Positions 52,266 through 62,900 of a stretch of DNA of 64,000 nt are shown here, piece by piece. The number at the start of each line of letters is the position of its first letter. Position 1 is the stretch's first letter. The notes under the pieces were generated by a model. The model had not been told where the DNA came from, did not search any database, and worked only from the letters and a program-made list of their open reading frames with translations. This DNA is from Histomonas meleagridis 2922-C6/04-290x. Its lineage: Eukaryota; Protista; Parabasalia. The stretch covers positions 124,001 to 188,000 of the forward strand of contig JAANOX010000017.1 of the NCBI GenBank assembly GCA_020184695.1, read 5' to 3'. Position numbers and translations under genes: made by a program.

Positions 52266-53102
52266 ATGAGTCACCTTGAAGAAAACAACCAAATCTTTGA
52301 TGATTATGCGCATGTAAAACTAAAACCTCTGTGCCCAAGGTCAGGCTTTCCTTTATACAAAGCTTCAAATTCCAATAGATTTTTTTTCAAAGATATAGAA
52401 ATAACGATATGGTCCATTGTCGTTTTTCTCGTACCTTCTTGTGTTTTTGTTACATTTTTGATTTCCTTTGTTTACCTTACCAAAACCTTCACAGATAATA
52501 CTTTATACAGATTTTTCCGGGTCGAATTTGTTTTGTCCTGTTTCATGTTTGTGTGGTCTTATATGTCTGCGGCCTGTACCAGCTCACGATATTCATCTTT
52601 ACCAATAGAACAAACGAATACATTTTATTCAAATGATCCAGAAATCGGCTTAAATGATTTTAAATCAGAAAGAAATATCAATAGTACGCATATTCACCCC
52701 ACTCCCACTTTTTTTACTTCATATATTGTTCGAGGTGATATCTGTAATTGGACCAATAATCGTATTAGCCAACGCAACCATAAGCAATACATCCTAATGG
52801 CATTTTGGGGTTTTGTCTATTGCTTGTCGGCCTTTGGGATTTTCTATTTCTCCGATATCATAGATACAACACCTCTTGCTTACCAACTTTCGTTTGTGTG
52901 CGTTGGAGTAGAGCTCTGCTTTGGAATTGGGTTTTTGATCACGTTTATCAGCCATCTCATTTTGTCTTTGATAGAAGAGGACAATGGACTTGATCAAAAC
53001 GAACAGAAGCTTTCAATAATGCAAAGACTGAGGAAAATTTTCGGAACTGGAAATGTTTTGTTGTGGTTTATACCAACAAAAATTAAGTTGTTAAACGAGT
53101 AG
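52266..53102 (+). CDS. DHHC palmitoyltransferase-like protein with degenerate motif
   Basis: 4 TM; GDICNWTNNRISQRNHKQY replaces DHHCPW.NNCVG..NHK.F; FG...LLWFIP tail. Confidence 0.6.
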   Translation: MSHLEENNQIFDDYAHVKLKPLCPRSGFPLYKASNSNRFFFKDIEITIWSIVVFLVPSCVFVTFLISFVYLTKTFTDNTLYRFFRVEFVLSCFMFVWSYMSAACTSSRYSSLPIEQTNTFYSNDPEIGLNDFKSERNINSTHIHPTPTFFTSYIVRGDICNWTNNRISQRNHKQYILMAFWGFVYCLSAFGIFYFSDIIDTTPLAYQLSFVCVGVELCFGIGFLITFISHLILSLIEEDNGLDQNEQKLSIMQRLRKIFGTGNVLLWFIPTKIKLLNE

Positions 53103-53183
53103 AAATTACTGTATTAAAATATTCGCTTAGAAATATTTTTTTTTCTCTTTATTTTAGTTTATTTTTATTATAATTTGTTGCAT

Positions 53184-54037
53184 ATGTCTGAAATTGAACA
53201 ACTCAAGATCGCAATTGAAGAATTAAATGAAAAAAAAAAAAAATCATACCTTCAAAGTAAGATAGGTTTGCTTATAGAACAGCAAAAATATCAAAACTAT
53301 TATGAAAATATTATAAGATGAAATTGCTGAGAATGCTAATTGAAAAAGGATTTTATTTCAAAAATGAAAATGTGTATTCTTAACACTTTGGTTTTGTCTA
53401 TCTTATTTGGTGTTTAATTCCATTTCGTGAAAAAGCACTTATTTTTGCTCTAGATTCAGGATGGGATGAAATTGATCAATTACTTGCTGATCATGGAGAC
53501 CTTAATTACAACATTCAAACTGTTCATTTTGCTTTTTTAACACTGCTGATAATGTATATTTTAATTCTAAAACGCACATTATCGCCTGCAAGAATGGAAA
53601 CATCAGAATTGCACAAATACTTTACAAAGTTCCCACAGTGAATCCTAATCTTCAAAATATTCATTTCAGCAAATTAGAATTAATTTCAATAATTTAATGT
53701 TTGATTTATATCCCCCGAATATGATTTAATTGTTTTGTACAGCACTTATGTATGCAGCTTCTGAAAATAGAGTCGAAATTGCTAAAACTCTTTTGGAAAT
53801 AAAAGGTATCAATGTTAATCTTATGAATATTTTTATGTTTTTATCAATGTTTGTTGATTTCTTTTTCTAATGTTTGTTGATTTATTTTATATATATAAAT
53901 ATTTAAATACACTTCAAATAGCAAGGCAAAGGTGCAATTATGCAATTGTAAAATTAATTGAGGAATCAATTCAAGAAGTAAATCATTCGTCTATATTTTT
54001 TAAATATATATATATTTTTTTTGAAAGCACCTTTTAG
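53184..54037 (+). CDS. Small ankyrin-repeat gene 5 (no DUF3447-like domain) with 17-nt spacers
   Basis: EN[17]W[17]G[17]E-KAL (53372-53431); QT[17]N (53522-53538); QN-RNRC-TAL (53659-53738); MN-NSFN-TL (53829-53908). The 5' end and stop are uncertain. Confidence 0.6.
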
Positions 54038-54540
54038 AAGTATACACCCAAATTACTGAGTGTTTACAAAAATCTTTTATATTTTTGCAAAAAAGAGTAT
54101 CCAATCAAAAAAGTCGAAGACAGTGCACCGACTTCATATAATATTTTGAAGACTGTACTTGTTTGGGATGTTTCGGATCGTCTGTTTTTGCGTGACTTTA
54201 AAATATAAAAGTATCCACAACTAATTGCTTATTTAATCAATATTAATAAGATAACTTTTCTTTAGTGTTCCTAACATGTACGAGTCACATTCACAACAAT
54301 CAACATAAAAACCTTACCGTTTCAATCAATATTAATCAGCAATGGTATCTTTGGTGTCTCACATAACCTGTACATACATCCCCAATTCCCAGCAACATAA
54401 TCACAAATGATAAAGTCAATAAATTTCAACAAGAAATCATAATATTCTACATTATTCATAAACAACATTGTTTTTTCCTCTTTTTATTTTTTTTGTGATA
54501 TAAATAAAGATTTAAATCTTTGATTTTATTGTTTTTGTTT

Positions 54541-55029
54541 TCAGAAATATATTAAAGAATCATTTCGATTAAATTCAATTGCTGTTTCATATGCTTTATC
54601 AAATGATGAATAATTGTGTTCACAAAAATGAATGATTTCTTCATTTCCACCTGCAACTGCATATTTACCTGTATTATTTACATTTGCACCATTCATAAGT
54701 AAATATTTGAAAAATTTAATAGATCCAAAGAATGCTGAATAATCAATTAATAAAACATTTTTTTGATTAGCAAATGAACATCTTTCATAAAGTGATGGCT
54801 CAATGCTTTGATCAAAATTAAAAGCATCTTGTGATGACATTTCTTGAAGTTTTTCTATTTCATTATTTCGGAGAATTTTTACAAGTTCATTTGGATTATG
54901 TCCTTCTCTAATTAATTGGTAATCATCCTTTGATAGTTCTTCAAAATTATGTAAAAAGTATTTTTCAAATGGATCATCATTTCTCTTTTTGTTTTCTATT
55001 TTTGTTGTACAAAGAAAAAACATAATCAT
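54541..55029 (-). pseudogene. Inverted DUF3447-like segment of a broken ankyrin gene
   Basis: EGHNPNELVKILRNNEIEKLQE...LLIDYSAFFGSIKFFKYL; no ankyrin array follows on this strand. Confidence 0.75.
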
Positions 55030-55591
55030 TAACCAAAATATAAAAGTTTTCGGATTTTTATTTTTGAGATACTTTAATTATGAGATTTTAACCTATTTAC
55101 AAAGAGAAGGATTATCAAAAACAAAAGTTTCATTAACTTACAATAATCTTTCATTTATACATATGATTTTTAAAGGAAAAAAATTTCAAGTGAAACTTTT
55201 TTTGAAGTATTGAAAATGGTAACACTATAGTTGTGAAACGGTTCTTTAAAGAACAACAAAAATATGTTAATATTACTAATGCAAATGTTAAATTTCATGA
55301 TTGTATGTTTAAAATTTAAATTTTTTACACTAACAATTATTTAGGCAGCAAAAAATAATCATTTGCAAATTGTTAAATACTTGCTAAAACAAAAAGATGT
55401 TAATATTAATAAAGATTTTTATGTATTTTGCTTAATATTTGTTTTGAGTATTTCAAAATTTTTAAAAATATTTGAACTTTATTTAAATTATTTAAAACAT
55501 TACTTATGTATACATCTGAAAATGGTACATAGAAGTAGTAAAATTACTTCTTGAACGAAAAGGAATCGATGTTAATGTACAAACCTACTAA
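55030..55591 (+). pseudogene. 3' part of the broken DUF3447-like/ankyrin gene
   Basis: YFNYEILTYLQREG, SIENGNTIVVK, AAKNNHLQIVKYLLKQ, KD[17]N[17]Q[17]E[17]K-TLL (55417-55496); frameshift after ENG. Confidence 0.7.
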
Positions 55592-55680
55592 AATTTTATT
55601 AAATGTCTTGCAATTCTACATTTTATTATACAAAATTCGTCAAGAACTTATATCGCACACATTTCAGATCTACAACAAAT

Positions 55681-56640
55681 TTAAATTATACATGAAAGCG
55701 ATGACTCCAACAGCTGTAATCGTTTCAACAATCTGTCTATTTCGCACCTTATTCCATTTTCTCCTTTCTGTACTTTGCAATGGTTGAGTTCTTCCCTCCT
55801 CTCGTAAAGTTCCGCGTGCAGACCATTTATTACAACTGATAAACGCGACTGCTGTCCGATGTGTGCGCGATACTGTTTTCGACTTGTTGTTCTTTGTTGT
55901 TTCGGAGCGAGGCGTTCAATAAGTTCATCGTTTTGATCGGATATAATTAAATTATTTTTGATGCGCGATTTCATTTCGGACTTTTCGAGCGTTGAAATTC
56001 GAGATTGAAGACCTTTAAGTTTAAGTTTCATGTTGTCATTGTCACGTTTGAGGTTACCTATTTCGCGGCGGAGTGTTTGGGGATCAAGAGGCTGTGGATT
56101 AGTTGACTTTGGATGAAAAGATTCTGACTCTTGATTCGGAAGTTTCGAAATTTCTTCGATTTGGGATCGAAGCTTTTTAATTTTGAGAGCTCTGTTCTTG
56201 CAGCCACCTTCATTGGCAAGAACTCGCTTAGCTTTTTGGATGTCTGTCAAGAGAATCGAATTTTGTGAACGAAGTTTACGAACTAAATCTGCCCTTGGGT
56301 CTGCTTGTGGCTTCTCTTGCAAAGGGAGTTCTTTTTGAGGTGAGATTTGCTTTAATTTAATCTCAAGATCATTCGCTTCTTTTTTCTTATCTTGAACTTG
56401 TTTCGATAGATTAACTATTTGTTTTGATATTTCTCTCACTTTTGCTTTATGGTCTTCGTCTTCTTCTATTTTTGATTGTTTTAATAGGAATAATTCTTTG
56501 CGCTTTTGATCTCGAATTGCTTCAAGTTCTTTGATTTTGGCTTTTTTTCTTTCGTCAGATACATTTTCATCTTGATATTCATCACTATTTTGACTGTATT
56601 CTTCGTCATCAAGCGCACTAAAGTTGTATATCATTTCCAA
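55681..56640 (-). CDS. Coiled-coil protein, CCDC13-like
   Basis: LRSQNSILLTDIQKAKRVLANE...RALKIKKLRSQI; heptad pattern. Confidence 0.55.
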   Translation of the reverse strand: MEMIYNFSALDDEEYSQNSDEYQDENVSDERKKAKIKELEAIRDQKRKELFLLKQSKIEEDEDHKAKVREISKQIVNLSKQVQDKKKEANDLEIKLKQISPQKELPLQEKPQADPRADLVRKLRSQNSILLTDIQKAKRVLANEGGCKNRALKIKKLRSQIEEISKLPNQESESFHPKSTNPQPLDPQTLRREIGNLKRDNDNMKLKLKGLQSRISTLEKSEMKSRIKNNLIISDQNDELIERLAPKQQRTTSRKQYRAHIGQQSRLSVVINGLHAELYERREELNHCKVQKGENGIRCEIDRLLKRLQLLESSLSCII

Positions 56641-56808
56641 ACATCCATTTAACGGTCTTTAAACGGTCGCATTTCCACTCTTTGAATGGATAATTAATGG
56701 AATTCCAGGAGAGTTATACAGAACAATTACATGCGGGTAAGAAAAAAATCAAGGTAATCAATAGATGATGTAAGAAAAAATGGTAATATATTTCACATCA
56801 ATTATCGT

Positions 56809-57264
56809 TTATGCAGTAAGTGCGGAAGCTGTTTGTGCGTTATACTTCCAGTTTGGTGCGATGATACGCCTTGATTTGTAGTAACGAGCAAGACGGTGGA
56901 TACGAGATTCAATAAGAATAAGTCGATATTTTCCGTCAATATCGTGGCTGGATCTTTCAAGGTGCTTACGTACATTGACTGCTTTCTTGATTAAATAATA
57001 TAATTCTTCTGGAAGAGCTGGCGCTAATCCGTTGGCTTTAAGGATACGGAGAACCTTATTACCAGTAACTGCACGAACTTGACCAACGCCATGGCTATCA
57101 CGAAGCTTTTCACCAATTTGTGATGGTCTGATTCCTTTCTTTGCATAATCGCAAATGAGTTGGACAACATTTTCGCCTGAAAGTTGAAGCCAATGTGGAG
57201 CTGTTCTGCGGTATGGGATTGTTGAACCTGAAATACCTTTACCCGGAGAATGAAGACGACCCAT
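56809..57264 (-). CDS. RPS13: 40S ribosomal protein S13 (uS15)
   Basis: [14 protein letters not shown]...[10 protein letters not shown]...[16 protein letters not shown]. Confidence 0.98.
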   Translation of the reverse strand: MGRLHSPGKGISGSTIPYRRTAPHWLQLSGENVVQLICDYAKKGIRPSQIGEKLRDSHGVGQVRAVTGNKVLRILKANGLAPALPEELYYLIKKAVNVRKHLERSSHDIDGKYRLILIESRIHRLARYYKSRRIIAPNWKYNAQTASALTA

Positions 57265-57268
57265 TTGG

Positions 57269-57279
57269 AAGGCTTGGCC
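57269..57279 (-). promoter_or_regulatory. GGCCAAGCCTT motif upstream of RPS13, preceded by ACGGTTT
   Basis: Variant of the RPL13a/RPL34 motif at similar spacing from the ATG. Confidence 0.45.
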
Positions 57280-57559
57280 AAACCGTAAAAACTTCTTTTG
57301 TGACTCAAAAAGTCAAAATTCATTTTCCGAACAAGGAAAGACAACTCTATTTGGCTCTACACTCTGGTTAGCAACAAATTTCTAAATACTTAACAAGTTT
57401 CTCAGTAAAATAAAAATAACTGTCACTAATTGGAAAGAGATTATTTTATTTATCAATTGATTTCAAATTATACTTTTTAGCATTATACTTTTTATTTTTA
57501 AATAAAGCAATTTAAATAAGTCACAAAAATGAAATCGAGAGAAAACGATGGTGGATTGA

Positions 57560-57715
57560 AGAGGTAATTTAATTATTTCTATGTTACCATATTTAAATCC
57601 ATTCATAAGTGCATTTTCAAATAATTTAGATAATTTCAAAAAATTATTTTGCAATCCAAAATTATTAAAATAAATTAAAAAAAACAAATGAATATCTTTA
57701 GCATTAACATATATT
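57560..57715 (-). pseudogene. Solo degenerate ankyrin unit with one decayed spacer cluster
   Basis: VNAKD[spacers]...W...E-NALMNGFKYGNIEIIKL; the Gly micro-codon position reads TGA. Confidence 0.6.
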
Positions 57716-58096
57716 CATTTATATCAAATCCATCTTTCTCTATCATATATTAACAAGTTTAATATTTTGTGATTTTGATGAAAAAGGTAAAATATTATCC
57801 GGTATTTGATTGTTTTGAAGAAAGTCGAAAATGGATTCTTTATTGATAAATTCCCGTTTGTTAATTCACAATATTGTAAAAAATGACAACACCACACATA
57901 ATTTCAAAAGTTTATTAAAAAGTGAAGAACTTTAAATAACCGTACCGAAACCATCATTATATGGCCACATCACAAACAAAAACGATGAAGTTTTCTCCAC
58001 TTTTTGAACAGCACGATCTCTCAAAAATTGGGGAATGGGTTCATCGATTTCTTTCTTTCAAATTTGAAATAGACCATCGTTAAGGGCACTTTAATA

Positions 58097-59767
58097 ATGC
58101 GTAAGGCTGTTGTTGCTACAGCTGTTGCAGCTGCAACTGTTGCTACCGGTGTTGCTCTCTATAAGGCAAAGAATCACAAAGAAGATGAGGAAGATTTTGA
58201 TATCAAAGATTTCCATTGGGAAGATCCAAAAGAACTTACAGAACTTGATAAGAAGGTCTATGAACTTGCAAAACTTTATGCTCCAGATGCATTAAAACTT
58301 CTTGCAGAAATCATCCGCATTCCAGCTGATTACTATGATCAAGATCCATTATGTGGAACATCCAATCACGAAACTCAACGCCTTGATTACTTAAAGAAGC
58401 GTATTGTTGAACTTGGTGCTGTTCTTGATGAAAAGGATGTTGACTATGATGCATTTGGTAGCCTTGTTTGGACAGTCGCTGATCCAGATGATGACACACC
58501 AGAAGACAACAAACGCGTTATCTTTCTTGATGGCCATAGTGATACTGTTTATCCACTTCGCGATAACTGGCATGAAGAACTTGGCGAAGGTATTGATTGC
58601 TTTGATGGTTTAAAGGATGCCAGTAAAGTCAATGAAGAACATATGCGTCGTGAACTCAACTACATTCCACCAAAAGATAAATGGGATCAACTTTTATTTG
58701 GTCGTGGTTCAGCCGATCAACTTCAAGGTGTTGTTTCACAAGTCTTTGCCACAAAGATTCTTCTTGAAACACGTGAATTAGGATCACTCAAAGGTGCAAA
58801 GATTGTTTCCATTGCCACAATTGCCGAAGAAGATAACGATGGAGGTGCTCCAATGCACATCATGCGCAAGCAAAACCTCCAACACAGCCAAGTCCCAGAT
58901 TGTGTTGTTATTACAGAAGGTACTGGTGATCTCGATCTTGGTCCATGTGGTATCTACATTGGCCAACGTGGTCGTTGCCAAGTTCAAGTCGAAGTTATTG
59001 GTAAGAGCTGCCATGGTTCTATGCCACATATGGGTATCAATCCACTTGAATATGGATCAATGATCATTGCCGAAGCAGCTGAACAAGCGAAGAATGGCTT
59101 CAAAGACCACAAATTCCTTAGCAAGGGCACACGTACAGCCTCATGGTGCAATCTTGAGACTCCATCTGATTGCGCAGTTCCAGCCAAATTCACATTCCGC
59201 TTTGACCGTCGTTACACTAAAGGCGAAGACGCAGACATGGCCATCCAAGAGATCGAATCACTTAAGAGCGTCAAGCGCGCACGTGAAGCAGGATGCGAAG
59301 TCAATATCACAATTCCAATGTACACTGGAGTCAGTCACAAAGGCGTTGCAGCAGATAACAAGCAAGATTACATGAGTTGGGTCACATATCCAACAGATCC
59401 AGTTGTTAATGCTGCAGTCGATGCATATAAGAGATGTGTCACACCTTACGTCGAAGAGAAAGAGAAGTACACACCAGACGACTTAAGAAAGCAACCAAGA
59501 GTACAAAGATGGATCTTCTCTACCGATGGCGTTGGCTACCCATTACCTAAAGACAACCTTCCATTCTCTATCGAAGGCAAGAACTGGACCACAAACGGAA
59601 AGTTCGTACACCCGCCAATGTTCGGTATTGGCGCCGGATATGAACATCACTGCCATAAGCTCGGTGAATATTTACATAGGGAACACATTTGGTGCCCAAT
59701 TGCTGTGATGGCACGTTTCCCATCACTTTTCGTTGCTGAGCGTGCTGCACAAGAACAACAACACTAA
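58097..59767 (+). CDS. M20 metallohydrolase, YgeY-like (bacterial type), with N-terminal Ala/Val-rich extension
   Basis: DGHSDTV, GRGSADQ, EEDNDG, GQRGR, SCHGS, FLSKGT, PSDCAV, DRR.T.GE match the YgeY pattern. Confidence 0.85.
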   Translation: MRKAVVATAVAAATVATGVALYKAKNHKEDEEDFDIKDFHWEDPKELTELDKKVYELAKLYAPDALKLLAEIIRIPADYYDQDPLCGTSNHETQRLDYLKKRIVELGAVLDEKDVDYDAFGSLVWTVADPDDDTPEDNKRVIFLDGHSDTVYPLRDNWHEELGEGIDCFDGLKDASKVNEEHMRRELNYIPPKDKWDQLLFGRGSADQLQGVVSQVFATKILLETRELGSLKGAKIVSIATIAEEDNDGGAPMHIMRKQNLQHSQVPDCVVITEGTGDLDLGPCGIYIGQRGRCQVQVEVIGKSCHGSMPHMGINPLEYGSMIIAEAAEQAKNGFKDHKFLSKGTRTASWCNLETPSDCAVPAKFTFRFDRRYTKGEDADMAIQEIESLKSVKRAREAGCEVNITIPMYTGVSHKGVAADNKQDYMSWVTYPTDPVVNAAVDAYKRCVTPYVEEKEKYTPDDLRKQPRVQRWIFSTDGVGYPLPKDNLPFSIEGKNWTTNGKFVHPPMFGIGAGYEHHCHKLGEYLHREHIWCPIAVMARFPSLFVAERAAQEQQH

Positions 59768-59982
59768 AGAAATTTAAGTTTTATATTGGTTTTTTGAAAA
59801 CTTTATTTGTGACGGTTGAAGTCCAGCTCTATTGGGAATGAAGAGCAATCGTTTTTGCATTGAAATTCAAACGGTTATAAAATTAAAAAATGATTTTAAT
59901 AAATTTTTTGTAAATAACAAAACTATGGATGGATTTCACATTTATTTAGTATTGTAACATGACTTTACAGAAATTCATTCAG

Positions 59983-62900
59983 TCAGTGTTTTTCAAGAAG
60001 ATCTTCTTCATCAGAGTTTTTGATGTCTAATCCTATTTTATGTGCTGGATCAAATTATTTGTGTAAATGCTAAATATTGTTTTAAAACGAAGAATTATTG
60101 TAATGACCTGTTTGCAAAGCAAATAAATATCTATAGCATTGATATCAATTCCTTCTTTCTCAAGAAGCATTTTAACTATTTCAGTATGACCTTTCCTATA
60201 TGCATATTTAAGTGCTGTGCTAAAATATTGAAATATTTCCCAAATATTATTTTAAAATGCTAAGGTAATTATTTAAACAATGAATAAATCTAATAAATAT
60301 CTATAGCATTTATGTCAATTCCTTCTTGTTTAATAAGCAATTTAACTATTTCAACACGACCTTTTGTGGATGCACAAATAAGTGCTGTATTAAATTATTG
60401 ATATATTTTCCAAATGTTATTTTAAAGCACTAAAATACTTGTTTAAACGTTACATAAATCTAATAAATATTTTTAGCATTGATGTCAATTCCTTTTTGCT
60501 CAAGAAGCATTTTAACTATTTCTGTGTGACCATTTTTAGATGCATAAATAAGTGATGTATTAAATTATTGATATATTTTTCAAATATTATTTTAAAGCAC
60601 TAAAATTTTTAATTCAGCAATGAAAAAAACGAAATAATATTTTTTGCATTAATGTTAATTCCTTTTTGCTCAAGAAGTATTTTAACAATTTCTATATTAC
60701 CATTTTCAGATGCCAAAATAAGTGGTGTTTCAAATAATTCACAAAAATTCCAAATTTTGATTTGAAAGAAAAAATTATTTGAGAAAACCATAAATAAAAT
60801 AAAAATACATTCTGCAAATTAACATCAATCCCTTTATACTTAAGAAGTAATTTTGATGTTTCATTTTGAAAGCTTGATATAGCATGAAGAAAAGCTGTAT
60901 TAAGTTATAGAAATAAACTCCATTTGTTATTAGAGATCATTGAAATATTAAAATAAAATCTATGTAAAACATACAAATATCTTTTGCATTAACATGAATT
61001 TCTTCATGCTCAAGAAGTAATTTAACCATTTCTATATTACCATTTTGAGATGCATACATAAGTGCTGTTTTAAATTATTTAAATAATTTTCAAATATTGT
61101 TTAGTAACATAAAACTATTAAAATAAATCCAAAATAAAACAAATAAATAAATTGTTTCTTATTGACATCAATTCCTTTTTGTGCAATAAGTAAATTAAAT
61201 ATTTCGGTAAAATTGTGACTAGCTGCAGTAATAAGTTCATATCCAAATATTGTTTTAAAATACAAAATAAAATCAATTAACAAGATTAATGTCGATAACA
61301 TTTCCTTTATATTTAAGAATTAATTTAACAATATCCGTTCTACCATTTAAAGAAGCACATTCAAATAGCCTACTATCAAATAAAATAAAGATATTTTATT
61401 AATATCAAATTTGTTATGTTTAAGAAATAATTTGAGTATTGGAATTCTAAATCCTACAAAGTTAAATGCTGTATTAAATTTTTTGAATAATTTCCAAATA
61501 TAGTTTTAGTACATGAAATTATTTAAACGAATTTGATGCATAATAAATGTATATTTTTAGCATTAATATCAATTCCTTTTTTTTCAAGAAGTAATTTAAC
61601 TATTTCGTGTTCATTTTGTTTTAAAGCTATAATAAGTGCTGTTTCAAATAATTTAAATAATTTCCAAATATTATTTTGAAATCCAAAATATATAAAATAA
61701 ATATTAATTAAGAAAAACAAAAATTTTCAAAATTAACATCAATTTCTTCTTGTTCAAGAAGAAAATTTGCCATTTCAATATCACCTTTTTTTAATGCGAG
61801 CATTAATGTTGAGTTAATTGATATAAACAAACACCAAATTTTACGTTAAAAATCGGAATTATTATTACATACCTCAAACATAATAAATAAATATCCCTAC
61901 TATTTATATTAGCATATCCATTCTCAATAAGAAATTTGAGAGTATCTATATATCCATTTTTATATACACCGCATATTGATACTTTAAATATATCCAATAA
62001 TTTCCAAATATTATTATGAAACCCTAAATTATTGGAAAAAATTTCCATTAAAAGAATGAAACATCTCTATCATCATATATTCCTTGATGTTTAAGAAATA
62101 AATCAATTATTTCGCTATGACCATTTTTAGATGCTAACATAAATGCTGTATAAAACAATATAAATAATTTCCAAATATTATTTTGAAATCCAAAATTAAT
62201 AAAATAATTTCTAAATAAATTAATTATATATCACTTGCATTTATATCAATTCCTTCTTGTTCAAGAAGTAACTTAACTATTTTTGTATATCCTTTTTTAG
62301 ATGCAATTAGAAGTGCTGTCTTAAACATTACTTTGAAATATAAAATATATAAAATAAAAATGAATAAAGAAAAATAAAAATTTTCAAAATTAACATCAAT
62401 TTCTTTTTGTTTAAGAAGTAGTTTAACCATTTCTATATTTCCTTTTTTAGATGAATAAAGAAGTGCTTGATTAAAACATTTGAATATTTACCAAATATGA
62501 TGTTAAAATATCAAAGAAATTAAGGATATATCGAATAAATGAAATTAATTCCTTCAAAACTTATGTCAGTACTTTGATCAAGAATTGTTTTGACAAGTTC
62601 AGCGTGGCCATTTTCATATCCAAAAATAAATTCTATTAAAAATATTTCGAATGATTTTCAAATATTTTCATTAAATCCAAAAATATTTATGAAATATTTA
62701 TAACAAACAAATAAATATTTTTAATATTGGGATGATTTCTTTTATAATCAAGAAGTAATTTAATTGTTTCTTGATGATTATTTTCATATGCATACATAAT
62801 TGATGTTTTAAATAATTTGTATAATTACCAAAAATTAATTTCATATTTCAAATTATTAATATAAAAATTATATAAAATAAGTTAATTGATTTAAAATTAA

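Noticed and set aside
61856-61872. Spacer beginning GTATGT (Trichomonas 5' splice consensus)
   Set aside because: A single instance among about 200 spacers, with no ACTAAC branch point or AG end.
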